The translations under genes and the position numbers were made by a program. Under the pieces are notes generated by a model. The model searched no databases and was not told the DNA's origin. It saw only the letters and a list, made by a program, of their open reading frames with translations. From Candidatus Obscuribacterales bacterium (GTDB lineage: Bacteria; Cyanobacteriota; Vampirovibrionia; Obscuribacterales; Obscuribacteraceae): a DNA stretch of 64,000 bases. Below are positions 20,224-31,220 of this stretch, one piece after another. Location of the stretch: the NCBI GenBank assembly GCA_965228855.1, contig CBDDIJ010000003.1, forward strand, positions 3,360,001 through 3,424,000. The letters are read 5' to 3'. Numbering within the stretch: the stretch's first letter is position 1; each line of letters starts with the position of its first letter.

Positions 20224-21756
20224 CTAGCTAATCAGGACAGCAGCCTCCACTTCATCTACCTTCTTATTCACGGCAGCAGCCGCAATGCCGCTTATCATGC
20301 CGTTAAACACAAAATGATGCAGCGGAGAAACAGCCTTCCAGTAAGCCAGACCCAGAAGTCCAGACGGTAGAAATTTTGCGGTTTGAATCAGCTTGCTCCT
20401 GCCAGGCGAAATTTCTTCGATAGTAAACTCCAATACCGCCTCACCAGGCAAAATCATCTCAGCAACGAGGACCAGTGCTTTGTTTTTCTCCACACGCTTC
20501 ACGCGCCAGAAATCGAGAACATCACCGGCAGAGAGTTCACTGGGACTGCGCCGTCCCCGTCTCAAACCTACGCCGCCTATCGCCTTGTCCATGATGCCAC
20601 GCAGGCGCCACAACCAGTTGCCGTAGTAGTAGCCGGTGCTTCCGCCCAGGCGAACGAGTGGATTCCAGATTTGCTCCGGCGTCCTATCCAGCGTCAACTC
20701 CCGCCGATCCATGTAGACCGTGCCACCTGACCACTTCGCATCGGCTTCACTGCTCCAGGCCACTGGCCAGATTTTGCCTGCGTCCGTCCAGTGACTTTCC
20801 ACGAGATAATTTTGCGTTTTGTTCAACGCATTGCGAATCGCGCCGCGGCAGCTTAGAAGGTCCTGTTTGATGATTTCTCTTATGTCATTCTCTCGGCACA
20901 CGGTAGGATTCTTCAAGCCTTCAGCCAGAGGGCGCCCAAGGTAGGCAGGGACGGGCGTGACCAGATGTATCCAGTATGAGCTGAGTGTGGGCGTGAAAAA
21001 CGGAATCGGGATGATCAATCGCGGGCCAAGCCCGGCAACATCGGCGTAAATTTCCATGAGGTCACGGTATCGGAGAATATCCGGGCCACCGATGTCAAAA
21101 GTCCGCCCCCTTGTTTCCGGATGAGTTAAACAACCGGCTAGATAGTTGAGAACGTTTACGATTCCTATAGGCTGCGTTGGCACCGATACCCATTTAGGCG
21201 TGATCATCACAGGAAGCCGCTCCACAAGATAGCGGAGAATTTCAAACGACGCACTGCCGGAGCCGATTATCATCGCAGCTCTGAGAGTAGTAAGAGGAAC
21301 CTTACTCCTCGCGAGAATCTCGCCGACCTCAGCGCGCGATCTTAGATGTTTACTCAGATTTGGTGAGTCCTCACCCAGACCGCCGAGGTAGATTAGTTGG
21401 TCAAGACTGGAATTATCCGCAGCTCTCACCATATTCTCGGCGGCAGTACGGTCATCGTCTGCAAAATTTCTTGACTGGGCGTTCATAGAATGGACAAAAT
21501 AGTAAGCCTTTTTGCACCCTTGCAGGGCCGCCTCGATTGACCCCTGTTCAAGCACATTCGTCTCGACTAGCTCGACATTCGGATGATCGGCCCAGTGGCG
21601 CCCTCGTAATTTGTTGAGGTCACGAGAGGTTGCTCTCACAGTCCAACCTTCGTCCAGAAGCTTTCGAACCAGTCTGGTTCCAACATATCCTGTTGCGCCG
21701 ATCACGGCGACTTTGTCATTCATTGTCACCACTCCAGCCGACTTCTCTATTACCAC
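20224..21756 (-). CDS. Atypical SDR NAD(P)-binding oxidoreductase with DUF2867 domain (YbjT-like)
   Basis: GATGYVG, HLRSRAEVG, GSGSASFE, LDFWRV and AEMILPG motifs. Confidence 0.92.
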   Translation of the reverse strand: MVIEKSAGVVTMNDKVAVIGATGYVGTRLVRKLLDEGWTVRATSRDLNKLRGRHWADHPNVELVETNVLEQGSIEAALQGCKKAYYFVHSMNAQSRNFADDDRTAAENMVRAADNSSLDQLIYLGGLGEDSPNLSKHLRSRAEVGEILARSKVPLTTLRAAMIIGSGSASFEILRYLVERLPVMITPKWVSVPTQPIGIVNVLNYLAGCLTHPETRGRTFDIGGPDILRYRDLMEIYADVAGLGPRLIIPIPFFTPTLSSYWIHLVTPVPAYLGRPLAEGLKNPTVCRENDIREIIKQDLLSCRGAIRNALNKTQNYLVESHWTDAGKIWPVAWSSEADAKWSGGTVYMDRRELTLDRTPEQIWNPLVRLGGSTGYYYGNWLWRLRGIMDKAIGGVGLRRGRRSPSELSAGDVLDFWRVKRVEKNKALVLVAEMILPGEAVLEFTIEEISPGRSKLIQTAKFLPSGLLGLAYWKAVSPLHHFVFNGMISGIAAAAVNKKVDEVEAAVLIS

Positions 21757-21935
21757 ATTACATCCTCGACGTGAGCAAGAGGTGAACTACCGGAGCCGTT
21801 AGCAAACTTTCTACAAACCGCAAGTAAGTAAACGAATCTGCGCTCGAAACCGGCAAACAGTTTTCAAACTGTTTGGACCCTCGCAACCGTCACGACCAGA
21901 GCAATATACTGTCCGAGTAAACTTGGTAACGAGTC

Positions 21936-22961
21936 ATGTCAGACACGCTAAAAGTGACGCTTTCTGCGTCGATAGCTACTAGTTTCTTAATCTCGACGAT
22001 CAGCCCCGCGTACTGTGCCAGGGCAGCTGCCGGTGACGATGCACCACCTGTGGTGAGACGCGAGAAAATCAAATTTGGTCGTACGCGGCACACGATGGTA
22101 CTCGACGGTTTGTTCCGAGCTTATTACCTTCACATTCCCAAAGGTTTTTCCAGAGAAAAACGATTGCCACTCGTTCTTGTTTTGCATGGCGGGCTCGGCG
22201 ACGCTCGTTCAGCAGAATGGGACAGCGTGATGTCCAAACAAGCTGACAAAGAAAACTTTGTGGTCGCATATCCCAATGGGCATCTGCGCACATGGAACGC
22301 TGGCGAGTGCTGCGGCATTTCTCGCGTTCAAAATGTCAACGACGTCAATTTCGTTCGCACCTTGATTAAGAAACTGCAGACTGACCTCAACATCGATCCG
22401 GATCGCGTGTACGTCGCGGGTCTCTCAAACGGTGGCATGATGGCTTATCGTCTGGCCAGCGAACTATCAAACTTGATAGCGGCAGTGGCGCCGGTTGAAG
22501 GATGCATGTACGAGCAATCGCCAGAGTTCAGAGGACCAGTGAGCATTATCGCCTTTCACGGATTGGCTGATACTGTCGTCAAATACGCTGGCGGCACCGG
22601 TCGGGTCGGTACCTATCAACTGACAGCGACGCCCGTTATACCGACAATCGAATACTGGACGAAACGCAATCAGTGCGATGCCAAGCCGGTTCGTGAAGAA
22701 GATGAAAACCTGATTAAGGAGCTGTATCGCAACGGGAAGAATGGAACTGAGGTCTGTTTATACACGATAAAGGACGGCGGCCACGCATGGCCAGGCGGTC
22801 GGCGCGCGTCATTTTTATTCGACAAGCCCAGCAAATACGTTTCCGCGACAGAGGTGATGTGTCAATTTTTCTGGGCTCATCCACGCAGAATGCCCATGCC
22901 GGACACGGCATTTACGTTGCGTCGCGATAATCAACAATCGAGTGAAACTGGTCTACAATAG
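21936..22961 (+). CDS. Secreted alpha/beta-hydrolase, PHB depolymerase/LpqC family esterase
   Basis: LVLHGG, WNAGECCG, GLSNGG nucleophile and GGHAWPG motifs. Confidence 0.9.
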   Translation: MSDTLKVTLSASIATSFLISTISPAYCARAAAGDDAPPVVRREKIKFGRTRHTMVLDGLFRAYYLHIPKGFSREKRLPLVLVLHGGLGDARSAEWDSVMSKQADKENFVVAYPNGHLRTWNAGECCGISRVQNVNDVNFVRTLIKKLQTDLNIDPDRVYVAGLSNGGMMAYRLASELSNLIAAVAPVEGCMYEQSPEFRGPVSIIAFHGLADTVVKYAGGTGRVGTYQLTATPVIPTIEYWTKRNQCDAKPVREEDENLIKELYRNGKNGTEVCLYTIKDGGHAWPGGRRASFLFDKPSKYVSATEVMCQFFWAHPRRMPMPDTAFTLRRDNQQSSETGLQ

Positions 22962-23112
22962 TTCCAACCGGTACGATTTCCTTCGCTCCCTCCGGGTGGT
23001 CATCGGTGCGATCGCCTTCGCACGTTCCGGCTCTAGATGCTCCGGTAGTTTCTTCGCTCTCTGCGCGTCGCAATAACTCCACCAGAGCGATTCCTCTCCC
23101 TCTCCCGCCCGA

Positions 23113-23553
23113 ATGACCAACGAATCCGCAGAACTAGACAAAACAGCTCCGTGCTCAATCGCCGCTGACGATAGAGACTTCCTCACGCAATTCGACGAAT
23201 GCACTCTGGGCAAAACGTGCTGGTCGCACGAAGCTCACATACGAATGGCGTGGCTGCGCATGGAACAGTTTAAGACCTACGAAGAAGCACTGGAGCGCAT
23301 CAGAACCGGGATTCAAGCCTATAATTCGTCGGTCCAGAGCGTAGGCTACCATGAAACAATCACCGTCGCATTTGCACGACTAATCTATGCAAAACGAGCC
23401 GAAACCCGTGCCGGGACCTGGCAGGAGTTTCTGCAACATCACCCGAATTTATTGCAAAAGCGCTGTTTACTCGAATTCTACAGCAAGGAAATTCTGGCGA
23501 GTGAAAAGGCTCGACACGAGTTTGTAAAACCGGATAAGAAGCCGCTCCCGTGA
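23113..23553 (+). CDS. Hypothetical protein with HxxH...YHETxT motifs
   Basis: WSHEAHIRMAW, YHETIT and FYS...PD motifs; 146 aa. Confidence 0.8.
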   Translation: MTNESAELDKTAPCSIAADDRDFLTQFDECTLGKTCWSHEAHIRMAWLRMEQFKTYEEALERIRTGIQAYNSSVQSVGYHETITVAFARLIYAKRAETRAGTWQEFLQHHPNLLQKRCLLEFYSKEILASEKARHEFVKPDKKPLP

Positions 23554-23770
23554 GCTAATCAACAAATCTTAGCCTGGTTGTTATTAATGCAGAAGCCTCA
23601 GCAATTCGGAGTTTCAGAACTTCAAAGAAGCTGAGTCCAGGCGGGTTTCGGATAATCACTCGATCGAGTGATTGCTAACTTCCACGACCTCGTTCGTAAT
23701 GAAATAAGGCACCCCTACTTATTTTTGAAAAAACAGCTTGCCGGGACGACTTCATTCCGGGGAGGTTACT

Positions 23771-24304
23771 ATGAACGCATTACGTGATTTGGTTTCGCAG
23801 TTTCTGACGCGCGTCGGCCGAATATGCACCCAAACAAAACAACAGAATAAACCTAGACAGGTAGTTACCTGTGACGAGAAGGTCGCGCAGGTCCAGGAGG
23901 CGATTCAGAATGGTGAGGAGGTCCGGAAGGTAACCGACATCAAAACCGGCAGAGCAACTCTGAGGAAAACCTTACACGACATGCCAGTTGCGACGTCGCA
24001 CAAAAACAATTTCGGCAAAGAACGACACTGGTTCGACAAAGCGGAGTATGACCCCAGATATAGTGGCAAGCCGTCAAACACCATGAACCGCCTGGAGGCA
24101 TTCCTATCGAATACAGATCCCGACCAACTCAAAGCACTTGATCCGCAATGGATTCAAGGACTGGTTGGTGCGCCGGACGACAGACCACAACCGAAGCAGG
24201 AACCGGTAGACTTGCCAAAGATTAAGAGAGCTCCAGTAGACGAAGTTAGACCGGCTGAATCTGCGAACTGGCATGAGGGTGCGCTATCGGAATCAATCTC
24301 CTGA
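23771..24304 (+). CDS. Hypothetical protein
   Basis: ATG at 23771 after a GGGGAGG RBS. Confidence 0.75.
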   Translation: MNALRDLVSQFLTRVGRICTQTKQQNKPRQVVTCDEKVAQVQEAIQNGEEVRKVTDIKTGRATLRKTLHDMPVATSHKNNFGKERHWFDKAEYDPRYSGKPSNTMNRLEAFLSNTDPDQLKALDPQWIQGLVGAPDDRPQPKQEPVDLPKIKRAPVDEVRPAESANWHEGALSESIS

Positions 24305-25024
24305 CGAAACAGCAAGCCAGTTTTTCATCAGCCTCTGCGGCCAGAAATGTTGAGGCAGTACCATTGCGGCCTCGGTTTCCTTCGCGTTTGAAACGATCGG
24401 AAATCTTCGCTTGGTCAGAAGACCACCAGGCAAGTGGCTGGGCTGGATCAAAATGGTGGAGTAGAAAACCGAGCGCCCGTCGCAAAGCATGCGAGGCATT
24501 TCGAGTTTCAAAATTCGTTCGAAGTCTTTTCTAATAGTCCGCATAAAGATACCAAATTCGGTATCATCGTCGACCGTATTCTTTGAGCTCGATAATCCCT
24601 GTGCAATCTTTTCAAGCGTTCCAGGATTTCCATCATAGATAGGGTCAGGACTATATATGATTGCGGCCGGCAGAGTGTGCTCGTTGTTTGGTCGGCTAAG
24701 AAGCGGATTCGCTTCAACCAATTGTCCCCAGCAGACATCACCGTGTTCATACAATTTAGCCTGGTCTTTGATGATGCTGAGCAAAACGTCATCACGCCGG
24801 CGGAGCAATTCCTGGAACTCTAGTCCAAGCGAAATTCGAAAAGCGTGTCGATCGCTTTCAAGCAGCGGAATTCTATAAGCGGCGCGACACTCAGCGAGGA
24901 GTTCTCCCCACTGCTCATCCGAAATCTCAGCTTCGCGGCGTTCGGCTTCTCGCGCAGCCTGCTCCAAAACCTCCGGCGAAGGCTTTTCTGTATTCTTGGT
25001 GTGCTTTTTGTAGAACTCTTGCAT
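24293..25024 (-). CDS. Hypothetical protein (start uncertain)
   Basis: Globular-looking ORF with WGQLVEAN, HLPGG and LPQHFWP segments; the longer upstream extension overlaps the next gene. Confidence 0.75.
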   Translation of the reverse strand: MQEFYKKHTKNTEKPSPEVLEQAAREAERREAEISDEQWGELLAECRAAYRIPLLESDRHAFRISLGLEFQELLRRRDDVLLSIIKDQAKLYEHGDVCWGQLVEANPLLSRPNNEHTLPAAIIYSPDPIYDGNPGTLEKIAQGLSSSKNTVDDDTEFGIFMRTIRKDFERILKLEMPRMLCDGRSVFYSTILIQPSHLPGGLLTKRRFPIVSNAKETEAAMVLPQHFWPQRLMKNWLAVSSGD

Positions 25025-25118
25025 GTCAACGCATCCGTTTTTCACACGCCTTTGAACAACGATACACCAATTCATTGAAGAATTGGAATCCACTGCTTGA
25101 CAATAGAGAAACTTGGAT

Positions 25119-25150
25119 GTCACAGTTCGGTGACATTGATATTCAATAAT
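25119..25150 (+). promoter_or_regulatory. GTCAC-N6-GTGAC box plus -10-like element
   Basis: GTCAC AGTTCG GTGAC, then 10 nt, then AATAAT, about 50 nt before ATG 25201. Confidence 0.5.
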
Positions 25151-25200
25151 TGTCGTACGTAACAAACGCCCTTTGTCGACTGAGCTTACCAGGTAGAAAA

Positions 25201-25857
25201 ATGCTAAAACCATCCATTTACACGTTGTCCGTGGTCGCTTTGGCTGCTCTGATTTATGGCGAGCCGGCATTTGCCCAGGCTGCTTCGCAAGCCCGCACAG
25301 GCACTTTCGGTAACACCTCCACCACCACCAATAATTTTCGCCGTGCCAACGCACAATTCACCCGAAATCAGCGGCTGCCGCAGGTGCGCCCAACCGGTCT
25401 GGGTGGTCTGGCGCAGATACATGGACGAACCGGCCGCAACGGACTGCCCGTCACAAGCCTCGACAGTTTTGTTCTTAACGCAGGCGGAGCCGCCGATCAA
25501 ATCTACGGCGACGAAGGCACCGAAGGTCCGCCACCTTTCGAGGAATTCACAGCAGGTCATCGGATTCAAGCAGGGATACAGGGCAACGCGAGCGGTTTAA
25601 CGACCGGGCATGGAAGCTATCTGCCATGCGCATGGGGCGGCGATGAATTCGTCGATGGTCCGGAATTTAGCCAATCGGCTCCGCGCGGCGGCAACAATTA
25701 TTGGGCAAACCAACCGCAAACCGGCGCGAATCCCGGCACACAGAATACAGACACGCAGAACAACGACTCTGACAACTATCGAGATTACGTCGCTCCAGAC
25801 CAATATTATATGTCTGACACCGATAACTCTCTTTACCAGCAGGTCTACGGTCAATAG
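25201..25857 (+). CDS. Hypothetical secreted Gly/Asn/Gln-rich protein
   Basis: Signal peptide ending PAFA; IYGDEG...GLTTGHGSYLP core. Confidence 0.8.
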   Translation: MLKPSIYTLSVVALAALIYGEPAFAQAASQARTGTFGNTSTTTNNFRRANAQFTRNQRLPQVRPTGLGGLAQIHGRTGRNGLPVTSLDSFVLNAGGAADQIYGDEGTEGPPPFEEFTAGHRIQAGIQGNASGLTTGHGSYLPCAWGGDEFVDGPEFSQSAPRGGNNYWANQPQTGANPGTQNTDTQNNDSDNYRDYVAPDQYYMSDTDNSLYQQVYGQ

Positions 25858-25995
25858 CGGCGACACGACGAGCAAACGAACTTACAGGCTCTCTTTGGAA
25901 TCAAAAGCACAAACCGGCTCGCCGTCGCTAGAGGAAGAGTGCGAAATGCGATACCGGTTTGTGTTTGCTAGCCTCGATCAGGCGAATGTCCTGAC

Positions 25996-28215
25996 CTAGA
26001 GACTCGACATTTTTGTTTTTCCTTCGCGCTCCCAGAAGCGCAGCTTCCGGCAGTTTTCGATGAAGGTCGACGCATCAGCCGCTTTACTGAGTTGAATCAT
26101 TCCAGCGTCGTCGTTGCCAGCGACTCCGGCTTTGGTGAACAAAACAGATGCGGCCTCGTTGTAACCAATGAACTTTTGATGAGCGAACGCATCAGAAACA
26201 AAGTCTTTTGCAGTCGCATCAGTGGACAACTTGGTGGCACCCTCAGGTGATACCAGAATAGCAACTGCATCGAATAGCACTGAAGGACCGCCATTCAAGC
26301 GGATGTCTGCGTCTATGTGCGAGCCGTCACTTGCATCCACACCACCAATTTTCGGAGCCACGATTTTTACCTCGGCACCTTCCCTGGTGGCAGCCTCTTT
26401 CAACGCGGCAACGAGCTTGGCATCAACGCCGTCGCTCACGAGTATACCGAGGCAGCGGTCTTTGAACGAGTCCGGACCGTTCTTCAAAATGCTCAAAGCA
26501 TTGGAAGGAGGCAATTCTTTTGTTGCCTTTGCAGCTTTAGCCGGGGCTGGCAATGATTTCATTCCCAGACCATCCGCTACACGTTTGGCAAGATCGCCAT
26601 CAATGTTTAACAGATGTGAAACGACTCGTTCACGTATCGACGCCTTTTCGACCTTCGAGAGTTCGAATGTCAAAGCGTCCGCCATATGAGTTTGCTCGAT
26701 AGGCGTTTGACTGATGTAGAACTGCCTCGCCTGGCTGTAATGATCAGCAAATGACTCGGGTCGTTGCCTGATTTTTGGGCCATTAACTTGTTGAGGATGA
26801 GTCTTGAAGCCTTCAGCAAGATTCTCTCTGGAGCCACCCCACGAATTCGGTTCGTAGTTGGCCCTTCCTTTTACGTTGACGAAATTCATGTGTCCGTCCT
26901 GCTGAAAGTTGAAGACTGGACATTTAGGAGCATTGATCGGCAATTGAGTGAAGTTAGGCGAACCGAGCCGCTTTAGCTGTGTATCGAGATACGAGAAGTT
27001 TCTGATTTGCAGCAATGGATCGTCCGTGAAATCGATTCCAGGAACGATATTTTGCGTGCAAAAAGCGACTTGTTCGGTTTCCGCAAAAAAGTTATCGACA
27101 GTTCTATCGAGAACCATCCTTCCGACTTTCCTTACGGGAACTAGCTCTTCTGGAATTATCTTTGTCGCATCCAGAACATCGAAATCGAACTTATTTGCAA
27201 ATTCTTCATCGAAGACTTGCATTCCTAACTCCCATTCAGGGTAGTGACCGCCTTTGATCGCATTCCAGAGATCGTGTCGATGGAAGTCAGGGTCGGCACC
27301 GTTTATCTTGACGGCTTCATTCCAAACAACTGACTGCATGCCTTGCTTTGGCTTCCAGTGAAACTTCACAAATCGGCTCTTGCCGGAAGCATCAACCAGT
27401 TTGAAGGTGTGAACGCCAAAGCCTTCCATGAATCTAAACGATCTCGGAATTGCGCGGTCAGACATTATCCACATAACCATATTCATGGACTCTGGAGTCA
27501 GCGAAATAAAATCCCAGAAGTTATCATGCGCAGTTGCCGCTTGAGGGAAAGCACGATCCGGCGCTTCTTTCGCAGCGTGGATCAAATCCGGGAATTTGAT
27601 TCCGTCTTGAATGAAGAAAACAGGAATATTGTTTCCGACCAGATCCCAATTGCCTTGCTTTGTATAAAACTTGACCGCAAATCCGCGAACGTCTCGAGCG
27701 AGGTCAAATGACCCCTTGTTTCCTGCGACAGTGGAGAAGCGGACAAACACTGGAGTTTTCTCGCCTGCTCGCTGGAAAAGGTCTGCCTTGGTGACGTCAG
27801 CTTGGGATTTGTACAGTTCAAAGAAACCGTGAGCACCAAAACCTCGAGCATGGACGACGCGTTCAGGAATACGCTCATGATCGAAGTGAAAAATCTTCTC
27901 TCGCATCATCTGATCTTCAAGCAACGCCGGACCACGCGGGCCAACTCTTAAGCTGTTTTGATCGTCTGATACGGGCACTCCGAGTTGAGTGGTCATAGTC
28001 GGCAATTTACCGCCTGATTGTTGGTGAGCCTCTCCACCTGTATGTGATGGATTTACGTCAGGCTGACCAACTGCGGTCGCCCCCTTATCGGACGGACTAT
28101 TGATGGCAAAATCAGCTGCTAAAGCCAGATTGTTTTGAATAGTTCCGATCGACAGAGAAACGGCCACAATCAAGCTCATTATTTTTCGATTCGAGCATTG
28201 ATTCAAAATCATCAT
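25996..28215 (-). CDS. katE: Large-subunit monofunctional catalase (HPII) with C-terminal DJ-1/GATase-like domain
   Basis: [28 protein letters not shown] and RNFSYLDTQ motifs; N-terminal signal-like segment. Confidence 0.96.
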   Translation of the reverse strand: MMILNQCSNRKIMSLIVAVSLSIGTIQNNLALAADFAINSPSDKGATAVGQPDVNPSHTGGEAHQQSGGKLPTMTTQLGVPVSDDQNSLRVGPRGPALLEDQMMREKIFHFDHERIPERVVHARGFGAHGFFELYKSQADVTKADLFQRAGEKTPVFVRFSTVAGNKGSFDLARDVRGFAVKFYTKQGNWDLVGNNIPVFFIQDGIKFPDLIHAAKEAPDRAFPQAATAHDNFWDFISLTPESMNMVMWIMSDRAIPRSFRFMEGFGVHTFKLVDASGKSRFVKFHWKPKQGMQSVVWNEAVKINGADPDFHRHDLWNAIKGGHYPEWELGMQVFDEEFANKFDFDVLDATKIIPEELVPVRKVGRMVLDRTVDNFFAETEQVAFCTQNIVPGIDFTDDPLLQIRNFSYLDTQLKRLGSPNFTQLPINAPKCPVFNFQQDGHMNFVNVKGRANYEPNSWGGSRENLAEGFKTHPQQVNGPKIRQRPESFADHYSQARQFYISQTPIEQTHMADALTFELSKVEKASIRERVVSHLLNIDGDLAKRVADGLGMKSLPAPAKAAKATKELPPSNALSILKNGPDSFKDRCLGILVSDGVDAKLVAALKEAATREGAEVKIVAPKIGGVDASDGSHIDADIRLNGGPSVLFDAVAILVSPEGATKLSTDATAKDFVSDAFAHQKFIGYNEAASVLFTKAGVAGNDDAGMIQLSKAADASTFIENCRKLRFWEREGKTKMSSL

Positions 28216-28505
28216 TAAAAACTCCCCATTGAAAGAAACACGAATAGAAGCTCACTTGGCGCAGTTGCGCACAGATGGGCTTCACTTGAATTTACGGCTT
28301 CATCATTCTAGACGGTTTCATTACCTACGTGGATAAATCGTTGCAAGCAAATTTAACTACCCAGAACTGAGCTGCCCTAGACGAGCTTCAGAAGCCAGAC
28401 TTCGAAGATCCTCGTTTAGCAGATTCGCGAAGAAAAGTTTCGCGACTTAAGCAGAGGAAAGTCGGTGTCCAATGAGTAAGTAGCAGAAAATGATTCCCGT
28501 GATGT

Positions 28506-30212
28506 TCACTTAGAGAGCGTGCGACGAGGAGGTTTATTCTCGGTCTTCACTTTCTCGTGAGGTTGATCGTAGAAGGCAATCTGCACGGCCAATGCAAAAC
28601 CGCCAATTGCAGCCGCTACGAAACAAACTATAGCGATGGTCGGGTAGCCCCATAAGGTAAAGGATGTCGGAACCCTCATAAGAAGAGCAGCTCCAATGAT
28701 TAAAGCAGCTAGGATTAAAGACAAACTGATCCTGTTAGCGACTTTCTGGAATGAATCGATAAGAATTGGTTCGTCGATCACTTTCATCTCGAACTTATTG
28801 CTTGATACCAGATCAAGGATTTTATTGATTCGCTTAGGCAAGTTTTCGAGAAAGTCTTTAGTCTCAATCAAACTATCACCTAAATGTCCTGGCGATAGAT
28901 CGTTGCGCATGCGCTGTTCCATAATGTGCGCGGCGTTTCTTCTAACAGAAGCATTTGGTTCGAACGACGGATCGAGAGTTCGACCGATCTGATCGAGATT
29001 CATAAGCGCTTTGCCGACCATTGTCAGTTCGGCCGGTACACGAATCCCACAGTCACCAGCGCACTTCGTGACACCGAGCACAACGCGGCCAACCTGCATA
29101 CCTTCAATATCAGCGTTGAGATCGTTTTGAACAAGGTCCGCAATCTGCATGCGAAATGATTGCTCGTCGAAATTGTCCTTGCGCTCTCCTATATCAATTC
29201 CGACATCCGCTACGCTGTCAGCTCGACCTTCGCTGATAGCAATGACCATGCGCAACAACTTTTGCTGCAGTGGTGGTGTTAAATGTGCCACCATTCCCAA
29301 ATCGAGCAGTCCAATCGTTTTATCATCCGTGAGAAACACATTCCCTGGATGCGGATCTGCGTGAAAGAAACCGTCGACTAGTATTTGTTTCAAATAAGCC
29401 CTGAAGATTTCCTCGGCAAGAGCGGCTCCATTGATCTCCAGAAGGGCTAACCGAGTAATGTCCGTGACCTTCTTCCCAGTCACAAAATCCATGGTTAAAA
29501 CAGTATTACTGGTGTAATCCCAGACCGGGCAAGGAACGTGAATTAGCTCGAATTCCTTGAGGTTGGCGCGAATGGTTTCGAGATTGTGGGCCTCTTTTCT
29601 GTAATCGAGCTCTTCCAGAACCGATTTTCGGAACTCGTCCGCGATGACAGTGAACTCGTACTTCTTCCCAGATTCCGTATGCTGATCGTAAAACTCCGCA
29701 ATCTCGGACAAAATTTGCAGGTCTTCCATGATGCCGTCTTTGATACCAGGTCGTTGAACCTTGACTGCAACTTCACGACCATTACGCAGAACGGCTCGGT
29801 GAATTTGTCCAAGTGAAGCCGCTGCAATTGGCGTACTTTCAAACTCTCTAAACCCTTTAGAAATTCTGACACCAAGTTCGGTGACAACGCGCTTCTCTAT
29901 TAAATCGAAAGGGACAGGTTCACAATTATCTTGCAGTCTCGACAAAGCAGCTAAATACGTTGGAGGCAAGAAGTCGGAACGTGTCGAGAGGAGCTGTCCG
30001 AGCTTCACGAATGCGGGACCGAGCTCCTCTATATCTCGAGCGAGGTCATCTGCGGTCTTCTCCGCATCCTTGGGTACGGACGGGACGCCTTTTGAATCCG
30101 TGACATACTCGTCGAGCCCAGCATTCTTGACTAGATCGGAGTTACCATATTTTACGAGCAGCATCGCGATATCTTTGTACCGCTTCACATGTGGTCCCAG
30201 ACCAATACCCAT
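28506..30212 (-). CDS. ABC1/AarF/UbiB family atypical kinase
   Basis: KLGQLLSTR, AAASLGQIH, VAVKVQRP, FHADPHPGN and LDLGM motifs. Confidence 0.95.
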   Translation of the reverse strand: MGIGLGPHVKRYKDIAMLLVKYGNSDLVKNAGLDEYVTDSKGVPSVPKDAEKTADDLARDIEELGPAFVKLGQLLSTRSDFLPPTYLAALSRLQDNCEPVPFDLIEKRVVTELGVRISKGFREFESTPIAAASLGQIHRAVLRNGREVAVKVQRPGIKDGIMEDLQILSEIAEFYDQHTESGKKYEFTVIADEFRKSVLEELDYRKEAHNLETIRANLKEFELIHVPCPVWDYTSNTVLTMDFVTGKKVTDITRLALLEINGAALAEEIFRAYLKQILVDGFFHADPHPGNVFLTDDKTIGLLDLGMVAHLTPPLQQKLLRMVIAISEGRADSVADVGIDIGERKDNFDEQSFRMQIADLVQNDLNADIEGMQVGRVVLGVTKCAGDCGIRVPAELTMVGKALMNLDQIGRTLDPSFEPNASVRRNAAHIMEQRMRNDLSPGHLGDSLIETKDFLENLPKRINKILDLVSSNKFEMKVIDEPILIDSFQKVANRISLSLILAALIIGAALLMRVPTSFTLWGYPTIAIVCFVAAAIGGFALAVQIAFYDQPHEKVKTENKPPRRTLSK

Positions 30213-30360
30213 CAAACAATCCTCGCCGACCCAATACCGTAATGATTTACATAGCACTCGAATTTAATATTCATGCGGTGAGCTATACTGGAGCGCTCGG
30301 TCTCCAAGTGAAAAACGCTTGACACCGAGTTCGGAACAGCCTTAACAGCTAAGGAACGAA

Positions 30361-30615
30361 ATGAAGACCAATCCAGCAAACGACTCAGCAAATGACTCAA
30401 CTAACGAGCAGTCATCATCCGATTTCATAAGGCTTGATCAGTTTTTGAAGTTGAATAACCTGGTGGCTTCCGGCGGCGAGGCGAAGCATCTAATTCAAGA
30501 CGGCAACGTCAAAGTTAACGGACAGATCGAGACCCGTCGGGGAAAGAAGTTGCGTGCAGGCGATGTAGTCGAAGCCTTCGGTCAAAAACTTCGAATTGAA
30601 TCGGATTCGGAATAG
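30361..30615 (+). CDS. S4-domain RNA-binding protein (YbcJ/YaaA-like)
   Basis: IRLDQFLK...SGGEAK...VNGQIETRRGKKL. Confidence 0.93.
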   Translation: MKTNPANDSANDSTNEQSSSDFIRLDQFLKLNNLVASGGEAKHLIQDGNVKVNGQIETRRGKKLRAGDVVEAFGQKLRIESDSE

Positions 30616-30634
30616 ACCTGCAGTCTGTCGGCTA

Positions 30635-30904
30635 TCAAACGAAAACTTCGGCATCATTGGCTTCGTAGCACTCCCGAACAAGAATCTCACCGTGCTCCGA
30701 ATGTACAAAGAATTTGGAGTGTTCGCGACGAGCAATTTCGCGACCAAAGTTTTCCGCTTCGACTAATGAGTCAAAGTAGTTTTCATCAGTACCAGCCGTT
30801 GTCACTATCCAGCCGCCTTCCAGGCAGAGAATATGTACATCTCGTCGCGCAGATATTGAGTAAACAGAATTACCTTCTTCTTCTGGTTCAATCATGATGT
30901 TCAC
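30635..30904 (-). CDS. DUF2188-like small protein
   Basis: HI...GGWIV...F...AE..GR.IA...VH...GEI pattern. Confidence 0.65.
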   Translation of the reverse strand: MNIMIEPEEEGNSVYSISARRDVHILCLEGGWIVTTAGTDENYFDSLVEAENFGREIARREHSKFFVHSEHGEILVRECYEANDAEVFV

Positions 30905-31165
30905 CCGATGTTGTATCTAATAACATCTGAGCCGTCCAGCTAGCTGAGATATGACATGAATAGCATCAGGTCGAACTGCTGAAGCAAGTTTGTTCAGGTT
31001 TGGTGATTGCCCGGCAGGAAGAATTGCTTCCACTCAGCAGTCCCGAGCAAAATTTCGGTTCGGCAGATTTATCGCCTTCGTGTCCACGGCACGGGAACCA
31101 TAGGCTATTAAGCTTACAGAATGAAGGGAAGAAAACAGAACCACTAAAGTGGATAAGAGCTAACG

Positions 31166-31194
31166 AAAAGGACGGGTGGCAGCCCCGTCCTTTT
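31166..31194 (-). terminator. Rho-independent terminator (bidirectional)
   Basis: AAAAGGACGGG-N7-CCCGTCCTTTT just past the stop at 31221. Confidence 0.8.
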
Positions 31195-31220
31195 CCACTT
31201 CAATCGCTCCCTGTTTTATT

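Noticed and set aside
22962..23112. C/T-rich intergenic stretch as a REP-like element
   Set aside because: No second copy seen in the window and no convincing terminal repeats.
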